This document shows positions 37,686-47,394 of a stretch of DNA of 64,000 nt, in pieces. The stretch is from Candidatus Poseidoniaceae archaeon. Its GTDB lineage: Archaea; Thermoplasmatota; Poseidoniia; Poseidoniales; Poseidoniaceae. A model generated the notes under the pieces. The model was not told the origin of the DNA and did not search any database. It saw only the letters and a list, made by a program, of their open reading frames with translations. The stretch lies in contig CASICQ010000004.1 of the NCBI GenBank assembly GCA_949373235.1, positions 63,934 to 127,933 of the forward strand, given 5' to 3'. A program made the position numbers and the translations under genes. The number at the start of each line of letters is the position of its first letter. Position 1 is the first letter of the stretch.

Positions 37686-40279
37686 GCGGTAAAACGGACA
37701 ACATCCACGACATGTTCAGTCGATGGAACTGTGAAGTCTTCAAGCGGTGGGGAGAATGGAACCGGTGTGTCGATCGCACCGATGACAACGGGTGCTGCCT
37801 CAAGTGCGTAGAAACTTGATTCCAAAATACGACTTTGCACCGTGTGGCCAAGACCTCCATTCCATTGCCCTTCTTGTAGAACAACCAGCCGACCAGTACG
37901 GGTGACGGAGTCGATACAAGTTTGTGCATCAAAAGGAAGCAAGGTTCGCAAGTCGACGATTTCGACTTCGATGCCTTCCTTGGCTAGAGCATCAGCTGCT
38001 TGTTTGGCGACGTGAATCATCGCGCCCCAAGTCACGAGGGTGATGTCACGGCCACCACGGATGACCGCAGCCTTGCCGATTTTGAGGTGTCGTTGTTCTT
38101 CAATCGCTTTCTTCACCGGCTCTGTGTCGACCTTTTGGTTGATGTTTTGACCCCAACCTGTCAAGCCACCTCCAAGGCCGTAAAGGCCAATGTGTTCAAG
38201 CATAATCACTGGATCATCGAGTTCAGCGCCTTCCATGAGAAGGTCATAGGCGTCTTGTGGAGAACCGGGTGCGATAACAACCATTCCAGGGTCGTTTGCA
38301 AACCACGATTCAATCATATTGGCATGGAAGGGTCCAGATCGAGTCTTGGCCCCTAAAGGCACCCGGATTGTCATGGGGCAATCAGCACCCCAGCGCCATC
38401 GAAGCATAGCGGCGTTATTGATCAAGGCGTTGTAGCCGAGTGCAGCAAAGCCACCAAATTGTATTTCCACCATCGGACGCATGCCAGAGAGAGCGGCGCC
38501 CGTGCCCGTATGGACAATGACTGCCTCGCAAAGGGGCATGTCTACAAGTTTGTCAGCGTGGCCAGCATTTTTGAGCGCCATGTTCATCCCAAACGCCCCG
38601 GCTACTTCCATGTCTTCGCCAATGAAAACGCATTTCTCACCATGTCGAGTTGCGATGTCCGCCATCGCTTGTTGAATGGCTCTGGCGTAAGTCCAACCTC
38701 CTGTTTCGACATAGTTGAGGGTTGTTTCTCCGACTTCGAGAGGAGCGGTTGATTCGGATTCCAACGATGGTTGTTGGAGGCGTGCAAAGCGCTCTTGATG
38801 AGTCTCAGCATCGTTGAGTGTGGTGACGCCCTTCGTCACGGTCGCCGGGTCCGGCCAAGCCATTTCAGTGACATCGCTCAGGGCTTTGTCCACCATTGAT
38901 TGCTCTTCTTCTTCCATGTTACTGAGTGCGATTTCGTCCACACCTAAATCCAAAAGCAGTTGCCGGTGGGTTGGCAGTGGGTCTTTTGCTTCCCAATACT
39001 CCAACAAATCTCGATCCACATAACCGGGCGGGGTGCCCGAAGCGTTTCCTAAGTACAGATCATCATGATGATGAGCATGCCCGCATCCGCGCATGGTTTC
39101 CACGTGGATTAAGGTCGGACCGCCGCCCTCCATTGCGAATTCTCGGGCGACCGCCGCACTAGCGTGCCATGCAGCAGGGTCAGATCCGTCAATGGTCCAA
39201 GCTGGGAAGCCCATAGCAACCGCTTTATCAGCCCAAACTTCAACACCAGATTGCTTTGCTGGAGGCGTATCAAGAGCGATTTGATTGTTTTGTAAGATGT
39301 AACAAATGGGCAATCCACGAGCTCCTGCGAGGTTCATGGCTTCCCAAAATTCGCCAGAAGATGATGCCCCTTCACCGATGCATGCAACGTGAAAGCGATC
39401 GAGGTTTTGTCGCCAAGCAGCAAACGCCAACCCTGTCATCGTTACGCTTGCAATCGGCAGAGGCGCTGTTGGAGGCAGCACGCCGACGTGCCACGCCCCG
39501 ACGTGTAGATCGCGCCCGCCAGCATCCTTCCAACCGCCGTTTTGGTTGGACCCTGCTTTGCCTAGATTGGCAGCCATAACGTCAAGCGGTGTGTCCCCCA
39601 TAGCGAGGCCAAGGCCAATATCCCGAATCATTGGAGCGACTAAATCCCCATCATAGCCTTGCCCGGGTCGAGCGTCTCGAGGTGAATCTTGTTGCCGATT
39701 GAGAGCGGTTGCCACAGCGACAACGCCTTCCTGCCAGGTGGAACGGAAGCCTTTACCTCCAAATCGACCGCCATCAGGGGTCGACATACCGTCGGTGTAA
39801 ATGGTCTTGAGATGAGCATCGAGTTTTCGCGTACGGGTCATCAAGCGTTGCCACTCAAGACGGTCGCCAATGTGGACCGCCATGTAATGAGCAAGCCGTC
39901 GGAAGGTGAGGCGCAGATCGATGAGGAAGTGTTGTGAACGGCGATCAAGGAATTCAGTCATCGTTCGACGGGGAATGACTTCAACCGCTTCGTCTTCACC
40001 CATCTTCGCCTGAATTTGGGCTTGCAGGCCCCTGTGTACTGCTTCAATGAAACGATTGGTGAAGGTGTGCCATGCTTCTCCCTCAAACTGGCTTGGTTCG
40101 TTTTCAATCAAGACATCCCAAACATTGGCTACCAAAAACAGGTGGCCGTCATGGCGTTGGGCCACGAAACGAAGGAGTTCCCTGCGAGCAGCGTCAGCAA
40201 GCAAAGGCTGATTGAATTTGAGCGGTGAACTTGCCCTCCATTCTGAACCGTGAATTACGGGCAAGTCGCTTTGGCTCAT
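37676..40279 (-). CDS. Fused 2-oxoacid dehydrogenase E1 alpha+beta (BCKDH-like) with N-terminal extension
   Basis: GEGASSSGEFWEAMN...NNQIA TPP motif, then GEDM, MPLCEA, VEIQF, PFHA, VEIVDLRTL, PVPFSPPLE. Confidence 0.9.
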   Translation of the reverse strand: MSQSDLPVIHGSEWRASSPLKFNQPLLADAARRELLRFVAQRHDGHLFLVANVWDVLIENEPSQFEGEAWHTFTNRFIEAVHRGLQAQIQAKMGEDEAVEVIPRRTMTEFLDRRSQHFLIDLRLTFRRLAHYMAVHIGDRLEWQRLMTRTRKLDAHLKTIYTDGMSTPDGGRFGGKGFRSTWQEGVVAVATALNRQQDSPRDARPGQGYDGDLVAPMIRDIGLGLAMGDTPLDVMAANLGKAGSNQNGGWKDAGGRDLHVGAWHVGVLPPTAPLPIASVTMTGLAFAAWRQNLDRFHVACIGEGASSSGEFWEAMNLAGARGLPICYILQNNQIALDTPPAKQSGVEVWADKAVAMGFPAWTIDGSDPAAWHASAAVAREFAMEGGGPTLIHVETMRGCGHAHHHDDLYLGNASGTPPGYVDRDLLEYWEAKDPLPTHRQLLLDLGVDEIALSNMEEEEQSMVDKALSDVTEMAWPDPATVTKGVTTLNDAETHQERFARLQQPSLESESTAPLEVGETTLNYVETGGWTYARAIQQAMADIATRHGEKCVFIGEDMEVAGAFGMNMALKNAGHADKLVDMPLCEAVIVHTGTGAALSGMRPMVEIQFGGFAALGYNALINNAAMLRWRWGADCPMTIRVPLGAKTRSGPFHANMIESWFANDPGMVVIAPGSPQDAYDLLMEGAELDDPVIMLEHIGLYGLGGGLTGWGQNINQKVDTEPVKKAIEEQRHLKIGKAAVIRGGRDITLVTWGAMIHVAKQAADALAKEGIEVEIVDLRTLLPFDAQTCIDSVTRTGRLVVLQEGQWNGGLGHTVQSRILESSFYALEAAPVVIGAIDTPVPFSPPLEDFTVPSTEHVVDVVRFTAQS

Positions 40280-40344
40280 GGTTCGGCCAATCGTCACCCA
40301 AATACAAACCCCACGGGCGATAAAGTTGCTGCAAATCAGCGACT

Positions 40345-41130
40345 TTATTCGCTCTCATCACTCATTGCACCGCCCAAAGCCCGCATCGAAGCCCGAGTGA
40401 CGAATACCGTTGCCAGAATGGAGGCAATGATGCCTAAGCCGAGCATGATGCTTCCGGAAGAGGAGGTTTGCACCTCTTGCAAGGCGTTCCTATTGAGAGC
40501 AAAACTACCCAACGCATGGCCGTAATAAGCGTAGGCCAACGAATAGATGATGCTCGATGCGTTTGAGAGCATGAACACTCGAAACGAGACTGGGCCTGCC
40601 GACATCATGTAATTGAGCCACTCATCTGGAATCAATGGAGAAAGGCGTACAAGGACGGAGATTCGCATGGCATCTTCTGCCAATGCCCGTTCAATGCGTT
40701 TCATTTTTTCATCGTCTGCAATCGAGGCCTGAATTGTATCCCTAAACAACCAGCGGCCCAAGAGAAAGGCGATCATACCACCAATCATTGAGGCTGCGTA
40801 GTTGACCAGTGTGGCGACCCAGAAAGGGAAAATGGCCCCTGCGGCGACCTTGAGCAACGGTGAAGGGATCAACAATACAATGCCAAGGGAAACAGCAAGA
40901 GCGTAGAGAATCGGCCCGAGAGGGCCAACGTCTTCAAACCAAGAAATAATCACTTGTGCGTCTTGAAAAAGGACATACCCTGCACCAGCGCATCCAACCA
41001 ACATCACGGCTCCGAAAAGAGCACGCCAACGGTACAACTGCGGTTGGTTTTCCTTCATTTGTTGAAGGTTGACCTTCCCGTCGATCAATTGCATTTCAGC
41101 CGGCTTGGGAAGGGAAGCAAGGCGCTTCAT
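40345..41130 (-). CDS. TVP38/TMEM64 (VTT/DedA-like) membrane protein
   Basis: IPSPLLKVAAGAIF, FLLGRWLFR, LVRLSPLIP...NY. Confidence 0.85.
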   Translation of the reverse strand: MKRLASLPKPAEMQLIDGKVNLQQMKENQPQLYRWRALFGAVMLVGCAGAGYVLFQDAQVIISWFEDVGPLGPILYALAVSLGIVLLIPSPLLKVAAGAIFPFWVATLVNYAASMIGGMIAFLLGRWLFRDTIQASIADDEKMKRIERALAEDAMRISVLVRLSPLIPDEWLNYMMSAGPVSFRVFMLSNASSIIYSLAYAYYGHALGSFALNRNALQEVQTSSSGSIMLGLGIIASILATVFVTRASMRALGGAMSDESE

Positions 41131-42215
41131 TCCTCTTCCTCCGCTGCTGGTAAGGCTTCAAGAACATCCTTGAGCATTTGTGCAGCGTCTTCGACCTGCG
41201 TCATCAGGGTGATGTCCGAAACGGCCCCTGGCTGCCCAAGGTTCCAAAGTAAATCCGATACAAATTCGGTGGTCAGTCTTGTCATTTGGAGCACTTCGGG
41301 GTCAATGGGCGTCATGTTGGCCTCGTGATAAATAGCCACAAGGTCGGGCGTTTCGCTCAAGATGTCATCCATTGCGTCTTCGACGTCTTGGGCCAAACCT
41401 TGGGCTTGAGCCTCAAGAATATCTTCCATTGAAGATTTGAATCCTTGGTTCATCGATTCTAAGCCAGGCTTACCTTTGCCGAGGGATTCACTGCGTTGGA
41501 TGTCTCCAAAAGAGGGTGCTTGGGATGTTGGTTGCCCGAGCGCTTGCCCAGCCAAGCCTCCTTGAGCTGCTGACAAAGCCGTACCGTCGGCTTCTCCGAC
41601 GAGTTTGTTCAGAGCTAAACGAAGCATTGCCGACATCGTTGATGGGTCCAATTCCTCGTTGACTTCCAATCCTTCTTCGCCCATTTGGCCGAGGATTTCA
41701 TCGATGAAACCGCTGTCAATTTTTTCTGGACCAACAAGGCCTTTCAGCATAGGAAGAGCCCAGGTGCTGTCGCCCATCGTCATCGATACATCGAAACTTC
41801 CACCTTTGCCTCCACCAACGTTGACTTCTGCCGGCGGTGGAACAAATTGTTTTCGAGTGTGCCGATTGAGTTGTTCAATCAGCGCCGACATATCAATCGG
41901 TTTGCCCATCACTTCAGCGACACCTGCCTGCGCCGCACCCACGAGGTATTCTTGACTCGTGTTTCGGGATAGAATGACGATTCGGCACTTAAAGGCAAAT
42001 TCTGGGTCGCTCATTAACCGCTGTGAAGCATCAATAGCATCGCCGTTTTTCCATTCACTGTCAAACAAAACCACCTCTGGCATGATTGCCAAAGCAGTGC
42101 CTTCTGCTTGCCGTAGAGTCCCTGCACGGGTGATTTCGAAGCCCTCTCGCTCAAGGGTGTTGGCGAGGAGGCTTCGACGGCCTTCGTTTTCATCTGCGAC
42201 GATTACCTTGGCCAT
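41127..42215 (-). CDS. Response-regulator receiver domain protein with unknown acidic output region
   Basis: KVIVADE, EVVLFD, IVILS, VMGKP conserved REC positions. Confidence 0.8.
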   Translation of the reverse strand: MAKVIVADENEGRRSLLANTLEREGFEITRAGTLRQAEGTALAIMPEVVLFDSEWKNGDAIDASQRLMSDPEFAFKCRIVILSRNTSQEYLVGAAQAGVAEVMGKPIDMSALIEQLNRHTRKQFVPPPAEVNVGGGKGGSFDVSMTMGDSTWALPMLKGLVGPEKIDSGFIDEILGQMGEEGLEVNEELDPSTMSAMLRLALNKLVGEADGTALSAAQGGLAGQALGQPTSQAPSFGDIQRSESLGKGKPGLESMNQGFKSSMEDILEAQAQGLAQDVEDAMDDILSETPDLVAIYHEANMTPIDPEVLQMTRLTTEFVSDLLWNLGQPGAVSDITLMTQVEDAAQMLKDVLEALPAAEEEE

Positions 42216-42325
42216 GTTCTCCCCCCTTTTCCCTCAAGGGGTTGCTGAGGAGTCTTGAACCTCACCCTTCATTCTGCCCATGCCATGATGATTGGCAGTG
42301 CGCCGGTTGGCGGCCAATGTCGAGG

Positions 42326-43489
42326 TCATTGAAGAATTTCTTCAGGTTGTGCAGCGTTCCACGCCAAGATACCACCCTCGAGGTTGTAGAGGGTGTTACC
42401 ATCCATGCCCGCTTGCATTAACAGCATGGCAGCCATCTGTGATCGCATGCCACTCTTGCAGTAAATCAAAATGTCACGGTCTTTGGGCAGAACATCGATT
42501 GAATCGGTGACTAATTCATGCGCCACGCGATGGTCGCATGAGGCAACACGGGCCTGTTGATGTTCCATAGCCGAACGCACATCGAGTATGAATGGTGCCC
42601 AGCCTTGACTTCTTCGTTCAATAAAATTAGACATTGATATGCGTTGGAACATTGACCCTTCATCGGAGGCTTCACCCTCTTGAATTGAACGCTTGGGGTC
42701 CGCAACTGCACACCATTCAGGTGAATTGAACATAGCAGCAGCAGCCTCCAAGGTGGTGATGGTTTCACGGTCGTGATTGCGACTGAACCGGAGGGTGTTG
42801 AAGGCCATTTCTTCCGCATCGTACAGCAGAAGGCGCCCAGTCAGTACTTTGCCTAGATTGAGGATGATTTTCAGCGCTTCATTCGCTTGTAGAGAGCCGA
42901 TCACACCCGGCAAAACGCCGAGAACTCCGCCTTCGCTGCATGATGGAACCGCACCCGGTGGTGGCGAGGTGGTGAAAAGGTCACGGTATGTGGGTCCACT
43001 TTGGTAATTGAAGACGCTGACTTGGCCTTCATATCGATATATAGAACCATACACCCACGGCATATTTAGCAAAGTGCAACAGTCATCCACAAGGTAACGT
43101 GTCGGAAGATTATCGGTCCCATCGATAATTAGATCCCATCCTTCTTGGAAGATCCCCAATGCGTTTGAAGGGGTGAGTCTTGTGTCATAGGCTACAACTT
43201 CGATCTCATCGTTAAGCTCCCGAAGGCGATTTTGAGCAGAGGTTACCTTTTTTTCTCCAACGGCTCCTGTCGAATGGATGATTTGACGTTGGAGGTTTGA
43301 AAGGGCCACTGTATCATCATCCACAACCCCTAATCGGCCGACGCCGGCTGCTGCAAGGTAAAGCAAAACAGGACTACCAAGGCCGCCAGCACCGACGACA
43401 AGAACGCTCGCTGCAGCAATTTTTTCTTGGCCTTCCAAGCCGACCCCTGGTAAAACGAGGTGGCGGTCGTATCGTTCATTCGTGCTCAT
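42326..43489 (-). CDS. moeB: MoeB/ThiF adenylyltransferase fused to rhodanese
   Basis: RYDRH, VVGAGGLGSP, SNLQRQ, DGTDNLPTRY, SCSEGGVLG, C-terminal ILDVR...YCKSGMRS...NLEGGI. Confidence 0.92.
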   Translation of the reverse strand: MSTNERYDRHLVLPGVGLEGQEKIAAASVLVVGAGGLGSPVLLYLAAAGVGRLGVVDDDTVALSNLQRQIIHSTGAVGEKKVTSAQNRLRELNDEIEVVAYDTRLTPSNALGIFQEGWDLIIDGTDNLPTRYLVDDCCTLLNMPWVYGSIYRYEGQVSVFNYQSGPTYRDLFTTSPPPGAVPSCSEGGVLGVLPGVIGSLQANEALKIILNLGKVLTGRLLLYDAEEMAFNTLRFSRNHDRETITTLEAAAAMFNSPEWCAVADPKRSIQEGEASDEGSMFQRISMSNFIERRSQGWAPFILDVRSAMEHQQARVASCDHRVAHELVTDSIDVLPKDRDILIYCKSGMRSQMAAMLLMQAGMDGNTLYNLEGGILAWNAAQPEEILQ

Positions 43490-43499
43490 TTCGACACCA

Positions 43500-43922
43500 T
43501 CAGAAGCCATTCGTCATCAGTAATGCGAGAAACAATCCTATGATGATCACGCCGAGGAGCAACAAAGTGACAATGATAAGAGAGATGATTTGTGCCGCTC
43601 GTGCTACTCCGTGTTCAGTATGCCCGGGATACATTTCCGTAACACTGAGGGATTTGTTGGCGAGGATCAACGACACCGGTGCGAGAAAAAAGGGGAAGAA
43701 GAACAGAAATCCGCCAACAAGAGCGATGAGAGAGACCACGAGGGCGGCTGTTGCTTGAGTTTGCTGTTGTACCGACTGGTCAAATCTGACAATCATAGGT
43801 TCCTGTGAGCCCTGGAGTATTTGTTGGGGGCTGCCGTACAAGGGTTGTCCCGCCTCATTTCCGGGTCCTTCAGGGGTTGGGTCCCACTTGAAGCCTTGAG
43901 GAGGGTTGTCATCGGAGGTCAT
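43500..43922 (-). CDS. Small membrane protein, DUF4190-like
   Basis: P/Q/G-rich N-terminus, two TMs, then ARAAQII and a TM. Confidence 0.6.
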   Translation of the reverse strand: MTSDDNPPQGFKWDPTPEGPGNEAGQPLYGSPQQILQGSQEPMIVRFDQSVQQQTQATAALVVSLIALVGGFLFFFPFFLAPVSLILANKSLSVTEMYPGHTEHGVARAAQIISLIIVTLLLLGVIIIGLFLALLMTNGF

Positions 43923-43964
43923 GCTCCGTCCAAGACCCATGGCAAAATAAAGGATATGCAAGCC

Positions 43965-44894
43965 TCAAGCATGGTTGTCTTCCAACCACTTTTCGACGTC
44001 AATGGCTGATTGGCAACCCATACCTGCTGCAGTGATGGCTTGTTTGTAGCGAGTGTCCACAACATCGCCTGCGGCAAAGACGCCTTCGACTGAAGTCATG
44101 GTGTGATGCTTGTGAAGGATGTAGCCTTCTTCATCGGTCTCAACTTGACCGCCAAGGAATGCTGTGATGGGTTTGTGACCGATCGCAATGAAGGCCCCAG
44201 TGACGTTAATCGTCTCTGTGCTTCCATCGCGTGGGTCTTCCAGAATCGCTCCTGAGAGCCCCTTTTCATTCGATAGCCAAGACTGAACTTGACGGAAAGT
44301 TTTGATTTCGATTTTCTCATTAGCAGCAGCGCGCTCGTACATGATGGTGGAGGCTTTGAACACATCTCGTCGGTGAACGAGGGTGACCTTTGAAGCGAAG
44401 CGAGTTAGGAAAGTTGCTTCTTCGCAAGCTGAATCTCCGCCACCAACAACCATGACTTCTTCGTCCCTGAAGAAAGCCCCATCGCATGTGGCGCATGTGG
44501 AGATTCCTCGCCCCTTTTGCTCTTCCTCACCAGGTACATTGAGCCAAATGGATTCAGCACCAGTGCAGACAATGATGGCATGGGTAAGGAAGACTTCGCC
44601 TTCCACGACCACCTTATATGGTCGTTCGGACAAGTCGACGGATTCTACATTTTGATCTCGGACTTCCAATCCAAAACGCTCGGCTTGTTCGCGCAACTCG
44701 GTCATCATTTCTGGCCCACCAATGCCCTTAGGGTAGCCGGGGAAGTTCTCTACGTCGGAAGTAAGCATCAACTGACCTCCAGACATGTACCCTGCAAACA
44801 TCAGGGGGTTGAGCATGGCGCGAGCAGCGTAGAGGCCTGCGGTGTATCCGGCTGGTCCGGAACCGATGATGATGACATTGTGAATTTCTGACAT
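43965..44894 (-). CDS. trxB: Thioredoxin reductase
   Basis: GSGPAGYTA, GGQL..T..VENFPG, CATCDG, VGGGDSA, HRRD, GVFAAGDV. Confidence 0.97.
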   Translation of the reverse strand: MSEIHNVIIIGSGPAGYTAGLYAARAMLNPLMFAGYMSGGQLMLTSDVENFPGYPKGIGGPEMMTELREQAERFGLEVRDQNVESVDLSERPYKVVVEGEVFLTHAIIVCTGAESIWLNVPGEEEQKGRGISTCATCDGAFFRDEEVMVVGGGDSACEEATFLTRFASKVTLVHRRDVFKASTIMYERAAANEKIEIKTFRQVQSWLSNEKGLSGAILEDPRDGSTETINVTGAFIAIGHKPITAFLGGQVETDEEGYILHKHHTMTSVEGVFAAGDVVDTRYKQAITAAGMGCQSAIDVEKWLEDNHA

Positions 44895-45030
44895 AAAGAT
44901 GCACTCCAGTAAGTTACCAAGGGGTGGGAGTCGCCATTTGAACATTCACATGCATTCACATCAAAGTGAAGCCGTCAAGGTTGAAGAAAAACATGCGCTG
45001 TGCTTCGCCTCACCATGTGGATTTGCTCGT

Positions 45031-45429
45031 TCAGAGCATGCTTGCAAGAGCAGCCACAGCCGCCCTTGCATGGGGTTCCAGTCTTGGTTCAATGTGTTCA
45101 GGTTCAGCGCCCGGTCCAATAATGCCGAGGCCAACTGGCTTTTCATGAACAAGCTGAAGTTCAATAATCGATTTAATCACGGCTTGACCCATGGCCAATC
45201 CGTGTTGAGTTTGGCCCCGTTCAATGATGCCCAAGCACGCTGCTGCTGCAATGTCTTCTCGACCAAGCAATCTGTCGATGGCCAGTGGAACTTCCATGGC
45301 CCCTGGCACCCAGATCACCTCAACCACCTCGAGATCGTGTTGCTCGGCTTCTTGTTTAGCCCAAACAAGCATGCGTTCAATCTCCTTTTTGTGGAATGAA
45401 CCACAGACGAATCCGATCGGTGCTGTCAT
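45031..45429 (-). CDS. ribH: 6,7-dimethyl-8-ribityllumazine synthase
   Basis: WVPGAMEVP, CLGIIERGQTQH, KPVGLGIIGP. Confidence 0.9.
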   Translation of the reverse strand: MTAPIGFVCGSFHKKEIERMLVWAKQEAEQHDLEVVEVIWVPGAMEVPLAIDRLLGREDIAAAACLGIIERGQTQHGLAMGQAVIKSIIELQLVHEKPVGLGIIGPGAEPEHIEPRLEPHARAAVAALASML

Positions 45430-45433
45430 ATTT

Positions 45434-46042
45434 TCATGCTCCTTTTTGTTGAGATAAGTACCGTTCGACGGTCTCGACGATGGTTTGGGTGGTTGAATCA
45501 ATTTCCAGGTTGACTGCGTCCCCTACTTCCCGCTGACCCAGCGTGGTGAGGCGGAGCGTTTCAGGAATGATGTGGAGGGAAAAACAGCCCTTTTCCACCG
45601 CACCAACGGTCAGTGAGATTCCGTCAACCCCAATGTAGCCTTTTTCGAGAATGAATTTCCGAAGTTCTTCAGGCACCAAGATTTCCAAGTTCATGCCTTC
45701 ACCGCTGGCGTTGACTGCGTGCACTAACCCGGTCCCCATGATATGGCCAGAGAGAAGATGACCGCCGATTTCATCACCAAAAGCAAGAGAGCGCTCAATG
45801 TTGACCTTGTGGCCTGCATCAAGTTCGCCAGTGCTCGTTCGTTGAAGGGTTTCTTCAATGACATCGAAATGGACGCTATTGGATTGGATGGTGGTTGCTG
45901 TCAAGCAAACGCCGTTAATGGCTACGCTTGCCCCGATGGCAAGGTTCTCGACGTTTGGCAGTTCAATCACAAGCGTTCGGATGGTTTCTCCATCCTTGAT
46001 TGAAAGAACTGTACCTGTCCCTTGGACAATACCTGTGAACAT
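45434..46042 (-). CDS. ribE: Riboflavin synthase, bacterial/eukaryotic alpha-chain type
   Basis: MFTGIV N-terminus, GASVAINGVCLT, GGHLLSGH, KGYIGVDGISLT, IIPETL, VNLEID. Confidence 0.95.
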   Translation of the reverse strand: MFTGIVQGTGTVLSIKDGETIRTLVIELPNVENLAIGASVAINGVCLTATTIQSNSVHFDVIEETLQRTSTGELDAGHKVNIERSLAFGDEIGGHLLSGHIMGTGLVHAVNASGEGMNLEILVPEELRKFILEKGYIGVDGISLTVGAVEKGCFSLHIIPETLRLTTLGQREVGDAVNLEIDSTTQTIVETVERYLSQQKGA

Positions 46043-46545
46043 CAAGCCTCATCCCCTGTTGTACGAGCGAGTTCGAGGATCCGGGCAATAATCTTGCGAG
46101 TTCCATCGAGGTCTTCCGAAAGGCCTTCGACCCTTGTCACTTCGATATGTTCGTATCCAAGATCCTTGAGTTGCGTGCGTATTCTGTCTTCAGCGTGTTC
46201 TTGGTCATAGCCAAGAGCAATCACGTTTGGATTGATGGAAGGAAGAATGTCAAAGATTGGCACATCGGGAGGGTTTCCGATCACTGCGCTATCCACTGGT
46301 TTGAGCCCTCGAACCATGCGCAGCCTGAGGTCTTGGCCTGTAACGGGTTCATGCTTTCGCTTTCGTACCGTATCGTCATGAGCAACGACCACAGTCAAAT
46401 GATCGCCAAGCGCTTTGGCTTGCTCCATGTAATGCAAATGACCTGCATGCAAGAGGTCAAACACACCAACCGCCATCACGCGCTTCATTGCCTCACCAAA
46501 TCTGTTCAAAATGCCCTTGCACAAGGTTCTACCGGCGGTGTTCAA
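46042..46545 (-). CDS. ribL: Archaeal FAD synthetase (cytidylyltransferase family)
   Basis: GVFDLLHAGH, VVVAHD, ALGYDQ; inside the rib cluster. Confidence 0.85.
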   Translation of the reverse strand: MNTAGRTLCKGILNRFGEAMKRVMAVGVFDLLHAGHLHYMEQAKALGDHLTVVVAHDDTVRKRKHEPVTGQDLRLRMVRGLKPVDSAVIGNPPDVPIFDILPSINPNVIALGYDQEHAEDRIRTQLKDLGYEHIEVTRVEGLSEDLDGTRKIIARILELARTTGDEA

Positions 46546-47255
46546 GCACCGAGTGCCTCAATCAGTTGAGCGCCTTCGAGGAAGGGGATACCACGCTCAG
46601 TGGCCCAAACACGGGCATCATTCACCGAAAGGGCATGGTCGCCATCAGGCTGAAGCATCTCTGCGCCGATGACAACTGGGGTCATGCCGGCAAGTCGGGC
46701 CAGCCCCACGGCCAATTCAGTGTGGCCTTGTCGACGGGACAATCCACCTTCAGTTTCTCGGCACACCGGGATGTGACCTGGTGTTCGGAATTCTACGCCA
46801 AGCGCCTTTTGAGCGGCTTGACCTTCGGTCCCGGATTCAATGAGTTCGGCTGTGAGTTCAGCAAAGCGCCGGGTGGTTAAGGCCCGGTCATGGTCGGTGA
46901 TTCCGGTGTATGTTTCTCGGTGGTTGAGTGAGAGTGTGAAGGCTGAGCGGGCATCATAGCGTAAATCGTTGGTGACCAAGTGACTGAGCACTTCATGATC
47001 GTTGACCAAACTGGGGTGGGTGTGAAGATCTTGTAAAAACGGCAAAGAAAAACGCTCACCAACGTCGTGGCCAATCGCCAAGAAGAGCAAACCGCCGCAG
47101 TCGAGGCGAAGTTGCCGCATTGTAGCAGGCTCAGCGCATTGGCCGGGGAACAACAGATCGGTTTCTCCTTCTCGCTTTTCGGAATCGAAAAGGCAGACTG
47201 GTTTGCCGTGCTGAAAGGCTTTGATTGCGGCTTGAACTTGCTCGTCCATATCCAC
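46542..47255 (-). CDS. ribB: 3,4-dihydroxy-2-butanone 4-phosphate synthase (archaeal type)
   Basis: FDSEKREGETD, YDARSAF...NH...TGITDHDR, FRTPGH, RQGHTE, AEML. Confidence 0.92.
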   Translation of the reverse strand: MDMDEQVQAAIKAFQHGKPVCLFDSEKREGETDLLFPGQCAEPATMRQLRLDCGGLLFLAIGHDVGERFSLPFLQDLHTHPSLVNDHEVLSHLVTNDLRYDARSAFTLSLNHRETYTGITDHDRALTTRRFAELTAELIESGTEGQAAQKALGVEFRTPGHIPVCRETEGGLSRRQGHTELAVGLARLAGMTPVVIGAEMLQPDGDHALSVNDARVWATERGIPFLEGAQLIEALGA

Positions 47256-47394
47256 GGGTCACCGGCTGGAGTTCATGAAGGGTCGTATGGTAGCACCCTC
47301 AGCAGGGGCTAAGAAATCGTTTGATTTTGCGGACAGCCAACGGAAAGGGGTTATCATAGGATGTCCCTTGGCTTGGACCTGCGGGATGCAAATT

